Assembly (NCBI GenBank): GCA_963842085.1
Contig: CAWJET010000001.1
Span: 2,784,001 to 2,848,000 of the forward strand
Direction of reading: 5' to 3'
Origin: an uncultured delta proteobacterium
GTDB taxonomy: Bacteria > Desulfobacterota > Binatia > Binatales > Binataceae
Length of the DNA: 64,000 nt
Part shown: positions 1-11,863 of the stretch, one piece after another
Position numbering within the stretch: the first letter of the stretch is position 1
Layout: each line of letters begins with the position of its first letter
Translations under genes and position numbers: made by a program
The notes under the pieces: generated by a model
Told to the model about the DNA's origin: nothing
What the model saw: the letters and a program-made list of their open reading frames with translations, nothing else
The model's database searches: none

Positions 1-767
1 CTCGAGCCGGGGGCGGGGCGGGGTTCCACGATCTGGCGGCCGGTGGGGCGCACCTCTAGCGCGCAGCCAAAGAGCGAGTCGTCGCGCACGAGGCTCACCA
101 CCGCGTCCGCGATTTCTTCGGGCTGGATTATTTTTGATGGCATCCAGCTCTTGATGCCGTGTTGCGCCGCCAGCTCGAGGCCTCTGCGCACCAGCGGCGT
201 ATCGACGATTCCCGGGCAGATGCAGTTGACGCGGATTTTCCGTTCCGCCGCCCAGAACGCCAGCGAATGAGTGAAGTTCACAACGCCGCCCTTGGCCGCG
301 CCGTAAACCGCGTCCTGGCGATGCGGATACAAACCCGCCATCGAGGCGGTGTTGATGATGGTGCCGCCGCCGTTCTTTTGCATCAGCGGCGCCGCGAGAC
401 CGGTGCCGAGAACTACCGCCTGCAGATCGATCTCGATCACAAGGTGCCATCGCTCCGGCGGCGCGTCGGGAAAGCCGGGCGCGCCGACGCCGATGCCGGC
501 GTTGTTGTGCAGAATGTCGAGGCGGCCGAACTTCGAGACCGCCGTGTCGAGCATCCGGCGCGCGTCGTCGAGCCGGGTGACGTCCGCCTTGACAAAGACG
601 GCGCGGCCGCCCGCGCTCTCGATTCGCTTGACGGTCTCGGCGCCGCCGGCTTCGTCGAGATCGGCGACCACGATCGCGGCGCCTTCCTTGGCCAATCGCT
701 CCGACGTTGCACGTCCGATTCCCGACGAACCGCCGGTGATGACGCCGACCTTTCCTTTAATCTCCAT
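1..767 (-). CDS. Short-chain dehydrogenase/reductase (SDR); 3' end runs off the window
   Basis: Read by hand; not in the ORF track because there is no stop in the window. ATG at 767 gives MEIKGKVGVITGGSSGIG (TGxxxGIG), NNAG, YGAAKGG (YxxxK) and IRVNCICPG. Confidence 0.93.
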   Translation of the reverse strand, partial: MEIKGKVGVITGGSSGIGRATSERLAKEGAAIVVADLDEAGGAETVKRIESAGGRAVFVKADVTRLDDARRMLDTAVSKFGRLDILHNNAGIGVGAPGFPDAPPERWHLVIEIDLQAVVLGTGLAAPLMQKNGGGTIINTASMAGLYPHRQDAVYGAAKGGVVNFTHSLAFWAAERKIRVNCICPGIVDTPLVRRGLELAAQHGIKSWMPSKIIQPEEIADAVVSLVRDDSLFGCALEVRPTGRQIVEPRPAPGS

Positions 768-800
768 TGCGCGATCCTCCGTCAGAATGCCAGTCGATCA

Positions 801-1190
801 TTAACCAATACTGCCCACCAGCACGCCAACGATCAGTCCTGCGAGCACGTAAGCAGTGAAAGCGACATAGGTGTAGTCGCGTTCCGTGATGAAGAGGAAG
901 AAGCAGAACGCGACCCGCGCCAGCGGAACCAGCGTCAGCACGAACAGCCCGATTGTCAGAACCGCATGCGGATTGCCGGTCCGAACTCTGTCGAACAACA
1001 GGGCGAACTTTTCTCTGCCGAGCAACTGACCGTGTTGCGCCGCCTGGTAGCGCTCGACGTAGTAGTCGGGTGCCGAGGTGTAGGTCAGGAAAAGTCCGGT
1101 AACTAGCGTGATCATCGCAGCGATCAGAATCGTGCGCAGCAGAATCGGCGTCCACACCCTGAGTATTCGATCTTCTTCCTGTTTCGGCAT
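801..1190 (-). CDS. DUF1634-like small membrane protein
   Basis: 129 aa with 3 hydrophobic segments and GLFVLTLVPLARV...ERDYTY. Directly follows a TauE/SafE gene, the usual DUF1634 context. Confidence 0.8.
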   Translation of the reverse strand: MPKQEEDRILRVWTPILLRTILIAAMITLVTGLFLTYTSAPDYYVERYQAAQHGQLLGREKFALLFDRVRTGNPHAVLTIGLFVLTLVPLARVAFCFFLFITERDYTYVAFTAYVLAGLIVGVLVGSIG

Positions 1191-1193
1191 CGC

Positions 1194-2021
1194 TTAGATT
1201 CCCGACAACGCGCGCCAACCCATCTCGGCTGCGATCAGCAAAAGAATTATCACGAAAGTGGTTCTGAGATACTCGACCTTGACGTACGGCAGGAGGCGGC
1301 TGCCGGTCAACGCTCCTGCCGTCACTCCTATCGCCACCGGGGCCGCGATAGTGGTGGCAACGTCGCCACGCGCCAGGAACACGAGCGCGCCGGCCCCGGC
1401 GGTGACGCCAATCATGAAGTTGCTGGTCGCGCTTGAGACCTTGAGCGGCAGGTGCATGATGTAGTCCATCGCCAGAACTTTGAGCGCGCCCGCTCCGATC
1501 CCAAGCATCCCGGACATGAGCCCCGCGACGACCATCAGAGCGCCGCCCTGTTGTACTTTCACGACTTCATAATGAACCGCGTTGCCGCTGAGATCGGGCA
1601 CCTCGCCGGCAAGTTCCAGCCGCACGGCGAGCGGGTCGCCCTTGGTGAGGATGTCGTCGCCGCGCTTGGTAACCGTGAAGTACGCGGACTGTAGCATCAT
1701 GGCGGCGAACAGCAATTCGAGCACCACCGTGGGCACGACGCCGGCGAGATAGGCGCCGATCACTGCACCGGTGACGGTCGCGCATTCGAGCACCATCGCG
1801 ACTTTCAGGTTGGTCCATCCGTCGCGCACAAAGGCGACGCTGGCGCCGGCGCTGGTCGCAACGACGGAGATAAGGCTCGCACCAACGGCGACTTTCATCG
1901 GCATGTGCGCGAAAATAACCAGGCCGGGCACGATGAAAACGCCGCCACCGAGGCCGGAGAGCGCACCGATGAATCCGGCTCCGATTGAAAGCGCGAACAG
2001 GTTGATCAGGATTTCGAGCAA
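1194..2021 (-). CDS. Sulfite exporter TauE/SafE (TSUP) family transporter
   Basis: Duplicated motifs GALSGLGGGVFIVP and SGMLGIGAG, plus SSATSNFMIGVT; multiple TM segments. Confidence 0.9.
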   Translation of the reverse strand: MLEILINLFALSIGAGFIGALSGLGGGVFIVPGLVIFAHMPMKVAVGASLISVVATSAGASVAFVRDGWTNLKVAMVLECATVTGAVIGAYLAGVVPTVVLELLFAAMMLQSAYFTVTKRGDDILTKGDPLAVRLELAGEVPDLSGNAVHYEVVKVQQGGALMVVAGLMSGMLGIGAGALKVLAMDYIMHLPLKVSSATSNFMIGVTAGAGALVFLARGDVATTIAAPVAIGVTAGALTGSRLLPYVKVEYLRTTFVIILLLIAAEMGWRALSGI

Positions 2022-2104
2022 GTACCGGCTCCGAGTCCAGGCATTTCGCGCAATCGTAGTTTGCTTCGAATCAGAAAGACAAACGCGGACAAAACGAACG
2101 CAGA

Positions 2105-2914
2105 CTATACGGGACGGGGGTTGAGAATTTCAAACGTGCGCCGGGGACTGTTGCGCAAGCCACGCTCGATGTCGTCGGTAATCTCGCGCACGGCGCGCAG
2201 CGGCTCGGCCGCGCGCCAGATCGGACTGCCGACGACGACATAGTCGGCGCCCGCGCGGATGGCGTCGGCGGCGGTGATCGCATGCGAGGCCGAATTGGCG
2301 ATCTCGCGCAGCCGCACGCCCGACGTCACGATAATGAATCGGCGTCCGCAAGTGTTGCGCACGCGCGTTACTTCATGCGGCCAGGTGACGACGCCGTCGA
2401 GCGAGGCGTCGGCGGCGAAGCGCGCGATCTCCGTGACCCGGTCGGGTGACTCCGGCGTGCGCCGGATTGAATTCGCGGACTTCATTTCGGCGAGCGTCGC
2501 CACCGCCAGGATACTCGGGCGACGCAGACCTTCGGTCCTGCAAATGCGCGCGACCTCGACGCGCGTCCGGGTCATCATCTCGGTCGAGCCGCAGGTCGAA
2601 CCGTAGGGGTGGATGTCGAACATCTTGACGCCGAGCCGGGTGGCCTCGACCGCGGCGCGGAGCACCTTTTGCGGGCTGTCGTGGAATTTGAGGTCGAGAA
2701 AAACTTCGGCGCCGCGCCGGCGAATCTCACGAACGAACTCAGGGCCGCCACCGATGAACAGCGCGCGCCCGACTCTGAACATCCCGACCACTCGGGCCAG
2801 ACGGTCCACCAGCTTGAGCGCGTCCTCCCGGTCGCGCAGGTCCAGCGACACGATCAGCCGCTCGCGCAGCGCGCCTTGTCGCATCAGGCCCGAAAATGGC
2901 CAGTACTGGGTCAT
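2105..2914 (-). CDS. Orotidine-5'-phosphate decarboxylase (PyrF)-like protein with degenerate active site
   Basis: LIVSLD, FLDLKFHD and AIRAGADYVVVG indicate the OMPDC fold, but several conserved residues are changed (see findings). Start placed at ATG 2914, downstream of AAGGA. Confidence 0.8.
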   Translation of the reverse strand: MTQYWPFSGLMRQGALRERLIVSLDLRDREDALKLVDRLARVVGMFRVGRALFIGGGPEFVREIRRRGAEVFLDLKFHDSPQKVLRAAVEATRLGVKMFDIHPYGSTCGSTEMMTRTRVEVARICRTEGLRRPSILAVATLAEMKSANSIRRTPESPDRVTEIARFAADASLDGVVTWPHEVTRVRNTCGRRFIIVTSGVRLREIANSASHAITAADAIRAGADYVVVGSPIWRAAEPLRAVREITDDIERGLRNSPRRTFEILNPRPV

Positions 2915-3120
2915 CGAATCCTTCTGTCGCGGACACGAACCGGCTTCATTCATGAAAATAGGCCGATCACGGTCGAAGTCAAGGAACTGCGGAAGTGGCG
3001 CGGCGGTTCAACCTCGATGCAGTACAGAGACTGCATTGCGGCTACTGCACTGGGCCGTGGCGCACACGCGGATGATCATTGGAAGGCGCACGAATACACT
3101 GGTTTTTGAGGGATCAGGGC

Positions 3121-3137
3121 TCGGCATCGGCTTTGCA
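3121..3137 (+). promoter_or_regulatory. Putative sigma-54 (-24/-12) promoter
   Basis: TCGGCATCGGCTTTGCA has GG(3123-24)-N10-GC(3135-36) with TTGCA. It lies about 100 bp upstream of an operon encoding a sigma-54 activator. Confidence 0.65.
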
Positions 3138-3239
3138 GTTAGAGGCCAGGACTCGAAAATGGCATCGATTGTCTTAGTTCTGGCGATTAACGATAGTTCA
3201 GTTACACGGACCGGCATTTCCGGCCCCAGGTGAGGCAGG

Positions 3240-4768
3240 ATGTTCGGCATCTTTCTAATAGCACTGATCATTTACGCCGTCGTGCAACATCGAAAGCGCA
3301 ACCGCATCCGCTGGATGAAGTACGGCGACTGGTCGAAGTACGACTGGTCCAAGCACGACTGGTCGCAGTACGGCAACTACTCGAAGTGGTCGCGTGACTG
3401 GTCGAAGTGGACCGAGCACGCGAAGGCGTCCACGACGGCGTCTGCCGAGCGCTTCGCAAGCGACCTGCACGCCAAGATAAAGCGCGACTTCGACAGCAAG
3501 ATGGCGCGCAAGTTCGAGGCCAAGGCCGAGAAATTCGAGCGCAAGCTCAAGGCGCGATTCGATCGTCAGACGCAGAAGTACAGCGGCGTCAGCGCGGATC
3601 CAGCGCAGGATTTGCCGCCGCCACCGCAGTTCAAGAACGACGCCGAGCGCCAGACCTACGAGCGCGCGCGCAAACGCGCCCAGGCCGAGGCCGGCTTCTT
3701 CATCCACCTGATGTGGTACGGCATCATCATCGGCTTCCTGTTCATCATCAATCTGATGACGGGCGGGTTTGGCGGATATCCGTGGTTCCTGTGGCCGGCG
3801 CTCGCCTGGGGATTCGGAATCGCAAGCCACTTCGCGGCGGTGTACGGCTGGCGCTGGGTTCACGACCGGGTTTTCCAGCCTACGATCGCGCGCGAAGTTC
3901 AGCGCGAAGTTTTGCAGGAGAAGGAGCAGTTGCGGACCGAGAAGCAGGCGTCGCTCGACGAGCTGACCGCAACCTTCGCCCACGAAATCCGAAACCCGAT
4001 CGCGGCGGCCAAGAGCCTGGTGCAGCAGATGGGCGAGGATCCCACTTCGCACGAGAACGTCGAATACGCCAAGGTCGCGCTCGACGAGCTCGCACGGGTC
4101 GAGCGCAGCGTGTCGCATCTGCTGAAATACGCGAAAGAAGAAGACTACAAGTTCGAAGACGTGAATCTCGCCTCGGTGGTCGACGGCGCCCTGACGCAGA
4201 TGCGCGGCAAGCTGGAGGCAAACTCGGTTATGGTGTCGCGCGCCTACCTGAGCGGTCCCACGGTGCGCGCCGACGCCGACAAGCTGCGGCAGGTGTTCTC
4301 GAACATCATCGACAACGCGATCGACGCGATGGAATCGACGACCGGCGAGCGGCGGCTCGAGTTCGCGATCCAGAACAACGGCGCGGGAATGGCGGCGGTC
4401 AGGATTCGCGACAACGGCTGCGGGATTCCGGACGACAAGATCGCGAAGATTTTTAATCCGTTCTACACGTCGAAGACCAACGGCACCGGGCTCGGCCTGG
4501 GGGTCGCGAAAAAAGTGATCGACTCGCATCGTGGAACGATCGAGGTGCATAGCAAGGTTGGGCAGGGCACTGAATTCGTGCTGTCGATTCCCCTCAGCGA
4601 TGCGGTGCGCGAGAGCGCCGATCAATCGAGCGAGGAAGCATCAAGCGACGTGGTCGGAGCATCGGCAGAACCGGCATCGCAAAGCAGCGGCCGCGGTGCG
4701 GCTGAAACGACGCCGATCGTTGCGCTGGCCGCCGGCGCGCAGACCACTGAAAGTTCGAGGACACGCAA

Positions 4769-4772
<4 letters not shown>
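3240..4772 (+). CDS. Sensor histidine kinase: N-terminal TM, Trp-rich repeats, 2TM domain, HisKA, HATPase
   Basis: H-box [10 protein letters not shown]-box [10 protein letters not shown] boxes DNGCGI, FYTSK and GTGLGL. 2TM-like segment [15 protein letters not shown]...[10 protein letters not shown]. Confidence 0.93.
3327..3410 (+). repeat. In-frame 15-bp tandem repeat encoding DWS(K/Q)(Y/H)
   Basis: GACTGGTCGAAGTAC, GACTGGTCCAAGCAC and GACTGGTCGCAGTAC at 3327-3371, with a fourth copy at 3396-3410. Confidence 0.85.
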
Positions 4773-6223
<1,451 letters not shown>

Positions 6224-6251
6224 TTTCGCGCCGCCGCGGAGACGATAAGCT

Positions 6252-6734
6252 ATGAACTCCACCGAACCTCAGGCCCCGAGCACCACGCTCACCACGATGA
6301 AGATTCACCCGCCGCTGCTGGCGGGAGCGCTGTTGCTGGTCACGCTGCTGCTGCATTTCATGCTGCCCGAAGAGCGCTCCGTGGGATGGTACCAAGTGAT
6401 CGGCCTGCTCGTGGTCGCGGCCGGCGAGGGTGTGTGCTGTTTCGCAGCCGCGATTTTCCAGGCGCGCGAGACCACCCGGAAGCCCTGGGGCGAGCCGACT
6501 CAGTTCGTCGTGCAATCGCCGTACACGTGGACGCGAAATCCCATGTACCTCGGCGTCGTAACGGTGTTGATGGGACTGGCGATTTTCTTCTCTTCGATCG
6601 CGATGCTGCTGGCGCCGGCCGTGTTCTTTGCGGTGATCGATCGGATGGTGATTCCGCGCGAAGAGGAAACGATGGAGCGGCTCTTCGGCCAGGACTACGT
6701 GGCTTACAAGGGTCGCGTCCGGCGTTGGATCTGA
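6252..6734 (+). CDS. Isoprenylcysteine carboxyl / phospholipid methyltransferase (ICMT/PEMT) family membrane protein
   Basis: PYTWTRNPMYLG and EEETMERLFGQDYVAYKGRVRRWI signatures. Confidence 0.88.
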   Translation: MNSTEPQAPSTTLTTMKIHPPLLAGALLLVTLLLHFMLPEERSVGWYQVIGLLVVAAGEGVCCFAAAIFQARETTRKPWGEPTQFVVQSPYTWTRNPMYLGVVTVLMGLAIFFSSIAMLLAPAVFFAVIDRMVIPREEETMERLFGQDYVAYKGRVRRWI

Positions 6735-6794
6735 AAATTTTAGCAACTGTCGGCCGCGCGAGCGGATCACCTCGCGGCCCAAAGGAGAACGAAA

Positions 6795-7535
6795 GTGCTA
6801 TCAAGATTTTTCAAATTGCTCGGAGGCAAGTTCAGCCGCTGGATTAAAGCGCGCGAGGCGCGCGACCCCGAGGCGGTGTACGAGTCCGCAATCTCGGACC
6901 GCGTGCGCCGCTATCATCAGCTCAAGACCGCGGCGGCCGGCGTCATCTACATGCGCAACAAGCTCGAGCGCGAGCTGCGTGGAAAGCTCGCCGAGATGAA
7001 GGAAGTCGACGAAGAAGCGGGGCAGGCCGCCGACATGAATGAGGATCAATGCGCGCTGATCCTGATTCAGCGCAAGCACATCCTCGACGGCGACTGCACG
7101 CGCCTGCGCGAAGAACTCGGCGAGCTGACTACAGAGGCCGAGGACGCGAAGAAGAATTTGATCGCGTTCAAGGGCGAGATCGAGAAGCTCAAGGTCGAAA
7201 AAGTGCGAATGATCGCGCGGCTGAAGAATGCGCAGGCGCGCGTGCGAATCCAGCGCGCGCTCGAGGAGATTTCGTACGACGACGACGTCCGCGCGCTTGA
7301 AGAAGTGCGCGAGTCGATTCAGCGGATGCTCGCGCAGGCGGGCGTCAATCACGAAATCGCCGGCTCCGAACTCGGCGACAAGCTCGAGGCAATCCGCCAG
7401 CGCAACGCCGAGGCCAAGGCCCAGGCCGAGCTCGCGGACTTGAAGCGCAAACGCCGCCCGCCGCTGGCGCCGATGGATATCTTCACGGCCGCCGCCAGCG
7501 CCGCGGCCAACGGCGACGTCAAGCACGCGAACTGA
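6795..7535 (+). CDS. pspA: PspA/IM30 (ESCRT-III-like) family protein
   Basis: Amphipathic N-terminal helix MLSRFFKLLGGKFSRWIK then DPEAVYESAI, long coiled coil, C-terminal AQAELADLKRK. AGGAG RBS before the GTG start. Confidence 0.82.
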   Translation: MLSRFFKLLGGKFSRWIKAREARDPEAVYESAISDRVRRYHQLKTAAAGVIYMRNKLERELRGKLAEMKEVDEEAGQAADMNEDQCALILIQRKHILDGDCTRLREELGELTTEAEDAKKNLIAFKGEIEKLKVEKVRMIARLKNAQARVRIQRALEEISYDDDVRALEEVRESIQRMLAQAGVNHEIAGSELGDKLEAIRQRNAEAKAQAELADLKRKRRPPLAPMDIFTAAASAAANGDVKHAN

Positions 7536-7551
7536 GACGGAGACGCGAACG

Positions 7552-7923
7552 ATGCGGCCCATAGTTATTGTGCTGGCGTTGTGTGCCTTGATCGCGAGCG
7601 CAGGGTGCGCTCGTGGGCCGTATCCCGAGCCTACGCAGCGTCCGGGCGAACCTGGCGCGGCGGCGAATGAACCGCGCGGCATATGGGCAAACAGCGTATT
7701 TGGTGGTGTCAGTGTAAGCGCGACGACCGATGTCTGCGCCGGACGCGTGCAACTCGCTCAAGGCGCCGCGACGGCCAACGATACGTGCTTCACCGGCGAC
7801 ACCAACGTCGTGCTGTGCACCGACACGTCATCGGCTAACGCGGTCCAATGCGCCGCGGCGAACGGGAAGCTTGTGCTGGCCGGGACCGGGAGCGATCTGA
7901 TCAACTACGCCCGCGTCAGATGA
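7552..7923 (+). CDS. Hypothetical lipoprotein with 4 further Cys
   Basis: Signal peptide ending ASAG-C, Pro-rich linker, beta-rich C-terminal domain. GGAG RBS. Confidence 0.7.
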   Translation: MRPIVIVLALCALIASAGCARGPYPEPTQRPGEPGAAANEPRGIWANSVFGGVSVSATTDVCAGRVQLAQGAATANDTCFTGDTNVVLCTDTSSANAVQCAAANGKLVLAGTGSDLINYARVR

Positions 7924-7926
7924 GAG

Positions 7927-9210
7927 CTAGCGGCGGAACAGCGTCGAGTCCGCGATCGGCAGGCCGAGCGCGTATCGCCGCAACCAGTCGAGCGCGACCT
8001 GCGAGGTGATCAGCTTCACCCAGTCGCGAGTGCCGCGGAACTGGTATCGCCGCGTAAAGCTCTGATCGTCGGCGGACAGCGCGATGCACACGGTGCCGAC
8101 CGGCTTGTCCGGCGTGCCGCCGTCGGGGCCCGCGATTCCCGAGGTGGCGACCGACACGCTCGCCCCCGTGCGTTTTCGCACGCCCGCCGCCATCTCGCGC
8201 ACGCATTCCTCGCTCACGGCGCCGTGCGCTTTCAGCGTCTCCTCCGAAACGCCGAGCACGCCGGACTTCACGTCGTTGGAGTAGGTGACCAGGTCGCTTT
8301 TGAAATATCGCGAGCAGCCGGGAACGTTGGTGATGCGATGTCCGATCAGTCCGCCGGTGCATGACTCGGCGACCGCCAGCGTGAATTTCTTCTCGACGAA
8401 CAGGCGTCCGACGACTTCTTCCATCGAGGTGTCGCCCTCGGCGTAGACGAACTGCGAGATTTTCTCGCGCACCCGATGCGACAGCTCTTCGGCCCTGCGC
8501 TCGACTTCGCCAGGTTGTCCTTCGACTCTGATCTTGAGCGAAATCTGCGGGAAGCTCGCGCGGAACGAGACCTTCGCCTCTTCCGGCTTGATCAATCCCG
8601 CCACCGCCTCGTCGAGCGCCGACTCGCTCATCCCGAAAGTCTGGAAGATGCGCACCGCGTAAACCTTGTCGGTGCCGCGATTCGCCGCGATCCACGGTAT
8701 GACCGTGTTTTCCATCATCGGTTTCATCTCACGCGGCACGCCGGGCAGGACGATCAGATGCGCGGTGTGGCCGTGCATCGTCACCGGCATCCTGAAGCCG
8801 GGCGCGGTGCCGAGCGGATTCTGGATGACCGTCGCGCCTTCGGGAAAGAGCGCTTGCTTAAGATTGTTCTCCGGCATCGGGCGGCCGATCGTCGCGAACA
8901 GGCGCTTCATGTGCTCGACGGTGGCCTCGTCGCGCCACAACTTCACCCCCGCGACCCGCGCAATCGTTTCGGTGGTCAGGTCGTCGGCGGTTGGCCCGAT
9001 GCCGCCGGTTGAAATCACCACATCGCCCATCCCGATCGCCGTGCGCCACGCCCATTCCAGCCGGTCGGGAACGTCGCCGACCGTAAGCACCGCAACCAGA
9101 TCGATTCCAATTTCCGCGAGCTTGTCGGAAAGGTAGTTGGCGTTGGTGTCGACGACCTTGCCGGTGGTGATTTCGTCGCCGGTGGAAAGAATCACAGCGT
9201 TCTGAATCAT
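7927..9210 (-). CDS. cinA: Competence/damage-inducible protein A (MoCF domain plus NMN deamidase PncC)
   Basis: GDEITTGKVVDTN, GGIGPTADDLT, LPGVPREM, AESCTGG, GAVSEE, SGIAGPDGG. Confidence 0.95.
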   Translation of the reverse strand: MIQNAVILSTGDEITTGKVVDTNANYLSDKLAEIGIDLVAVLTVGDVPDRLEWAWRTAIGMGDVVISTGGIGPTADDLTTETIARVAGVKLWRDEATVEHMKRLFATIGRPMPENNLKQALFPEGATVIQNPLGTAPGFRMPVTMHGHTAHLIVLPGVPREMKPMMENTVIPWIAANRGTDKVYAVRIFQTFGMSESALDEAVAGLIKPEEAKVSFRASFPQISLKIRVEGQPGEVERRAEELSHRVREKISQFVYAEGDTSMEEVVGRLFVEKKFTLAVAESCTGGLIGHRITNVPGCSRYFKSDLVTYSNDVKSGVLGVSEETLKAHGAVSEECVREMAAGVRKRTGASVSVATSGIAGPDGGTPDKPVGTVCIALSADDQSFTRRYQFRGTRDWVKLITSQVALDWLRRYALGLPIADSTLFRR

Positions 9211-9236
9211 CGAGAACTCCTTGCGGGCGCGTGCGT

Positions 9237-9698
9237 TCAGAGCACGCGCACGATCACCTGCAGCACAATATTCGCATAAATCGCGGCAGCCAAATCATCC
9301 AGCATGACGCCCGCGCCGTTGCGCATGCGGCGGTCGATCAGGCTCGCCGGCCACGGTTTGATCACGTCGGCCACTCGAAACAGGAGGAATCCGAGCATCA
9401 GCCAGCCGAACGCGATCGGATTGCCGAACATGGTCGCGGCCATGCCGAGCACTTCATCGATCACGATCCGCGAATCGTCGTGATTGTCGAAAATCTTCTC
9501 GGCGCGATCCGAAATCCAGCACGCGATCGCAAACGCGATCGCGAACACCATCAAGCATAGCGCCGGCGAATGCATCCAAAGCGGGCCGAACCCGAGCCAC
9601 ACGACTGCCAGCCCGACCACCGAGCCCGCCGTTCCCGGCGCAATCGGAACGTAACCGGAATAGATTCCGGTGGCGAAGAAGATGATGAGCGAACGCAT
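9237..9698 (-). CDS. pgpA: Phosphatidylglycerophosphatase A
   Basis: APGTAGS, HDDSRIVIDEVLG, FRVADVIKPWP, GVMLDDLAA. Upstream of cinA. Confidence 0.95.
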   Translation of the reverse strand: MRSLIIFFATGIYSGYVPIAPGTAGSVVGLAVVWLGFGPLWMHSPALCLMVFAIAFAIACWISDRAEKIFDNHDDSRIVIDEVLGMAATMFGNPIAFGWLMLGFLLFRVADVIKPWPASLIDRRMRNGAGVMLDDLAAAIYANIVLQVIVRVL

Positions 9699-9708
9699 CC
9701 GGGGGCAG

Positions 9709-10527
9709 TCAGCTGGTAGTCAGCGTTATCGGATCTTCTTCGGCGCCGACTTCGACCGATGCGACTCCTTCAATCGTTCGCGCGACTCCGATCACGAGCT
9801 CGTCCCACGGCGGCACCAGTCCCGGACCGCTCACGCGCACGCATCCCGCCGAGCAGTTGACCGACATCTGCGCGTCGCGAATTTTCGGATGCGCCATCAG
9901 CGCCGCGTGCACCTGCGCGCCGATCGCGGTGTCGCGCATCAGTTTCGTTCGCTCCGGGTTGCCCTCGCTGTCGATATTAGTCGCGAGCGCCGCAAGAGTG
10001 TTCGCGTGCGACGCCAGCGGCAGCCGCGCGGTGTTGATCACCAGGTCGTAAATCGCGGGGTCGTCCAGATCTTTCCCGAACAAACTCAGCGTGCGTGCCC
10101 TTACTTCGGTGTCGAAGTCGCGAACCCGTTTCTCCGCCGCCGCCGGCGCGAGTTTCTCGTCCTTCGCCACCTGCTTGATGCGCTCGGCAATTGGAGCCAT
10201 CGCGCGCACTCGAATGCCGCATCCGCCGTCGGGGAGAAAATGCGCCGACCCGCGCCCAGCGAAGACGATCCGATCTTGCGCCGCCTCCTGCAGGAACACG
10301 GCCCGGTAGTAGCCGGCGAACCGGCTGCTGTCGGTCTTCCGCTCCCAGAAGTGCGGGTTGTGAACGTCAAACCATTTCACCTGCTCGGCGCTGACGTTGA
10401 AGCGCCTGGCAGTTTCGGCAATCAATTGCTCGCCGGTCTGGAAGCGATAACCGAGTTCCCGCGCCGCGAGTTCGCCGAGTTCGATACCCCGGCTGCCAAT
10501 CTGTTGACTGATCGCAATAACCGCCAT
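9709..10527 (-). CDS. Cytidylate kinase-like family protein with C-terminal BON-like domain
   Basis: IAISQQIGSRG (degenerate P-loop), GRGS, DPAIYDLVINT; BON-like tail DTAIGAQVHAALM...IEGVASVE. ATG 10527 follows GGAG. Confidence 0.8.
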   Translation of the reverse strand: MAVIAISQQIGSRGIELGELAARELGYRFQTGEQLIAETARRFNVSAEQVKWFDVHNPHFWERKTDSSRFAGYYRAVFLQEAAQDRIVFAGRGSAHFLPDGGCGIRVRAMAPIAERIKQVAKDEKLAPAAAEKRVRDFDTEVRARTLSLFGKDLDDPAIYDLVINTARLPLASHANTLAALATNIDSEGNPERTKLMRDTAIGAQVHAALMAHPKIRDAQMSVNCSAGCVRVSGPGLVPPWDELVIGVARTIEGVASVEVGAEEDPITLTTS

Positions 10528-10628
10528 CGATGCTCCCCAAGGCGGGCGAATTTTTTCGATCGCCGAGGCCATCTTAGGTTGATGGCCGCCGAAACATCAA
10601 ACCATCCATTCTGAGAGTCCGTCTTTTG

Positions 10629-10708
10629 TGTCATTCAGAGCCGTCGCGGCGAGGAATCCCGAATTGACGGCAGCACTTCTGAGCGGTCGATTCGCCGGAA
10701 AAATGACA
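10629..10708. repeat. TGTCAT-type REP-like element, inverted pair
   Basis: TGTCATTCAGAGCCGTCGCGGCGAGGAATCCC at 10629-10660 and inverted AATGACA at 10702-10708. Near-identical copy on the minus strand at 12070-12098. Confidence 0.65.
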
Positions 10709-11014
10709 AATTACACAATTGGTTGTGGTTTCTGGATGACGGCCCTCTACCGGTAGCTTCGTTCCGTCAAATTTTGTTTTTCTTCGAAGCGTTATCGCAC
10801 GCGCCGGTCGTGAGGATTTCTGGGCAGGCTCGCGAACGTGTAGCGCCGAGGTCGTTGACCATATCGATTACGTAACACGGTGCGCAGCATGAGTGTAAGG
10901 CTGAGAAGTTCATCCTGAACTATTCCGGCCTAGCGCGCTTCGCCGGCTCTATTCGGCAGATGGAATCGCCGCCCAGGTGCAGATAGGATTTCCGCGACTG
11001 ACGGGCCTGGAACA

Positions 11015-11863
<849 letters not shown>

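Noticed and set aside
159-1106. 315-aa plus-strand ORF and many similar long antisense or alternate-frame ORFs (e.g. 3255-4625, 16219-17724, 19982-21529, 41166-42626, 54272-55660)
   Set aside because: They shadow well-supported genes, are rich in Arg/Ala/Gly as expected for off-frame GC-rich DNA, and carry no motifs.
3159-3233. Possible 24-aa leader peptide MASIVLVLAINDSSVTRTGISGPR before the kinase
   Set aside because: Its RBS would sit at the predicted transcript start and nothing else supports it; it cannot be told from chance.
3327-3410. Short direct repeats as a possible CRISPR array
   Set aside because: They are 15-bp in-frame coding repeats without spacers. No cas genes are present.
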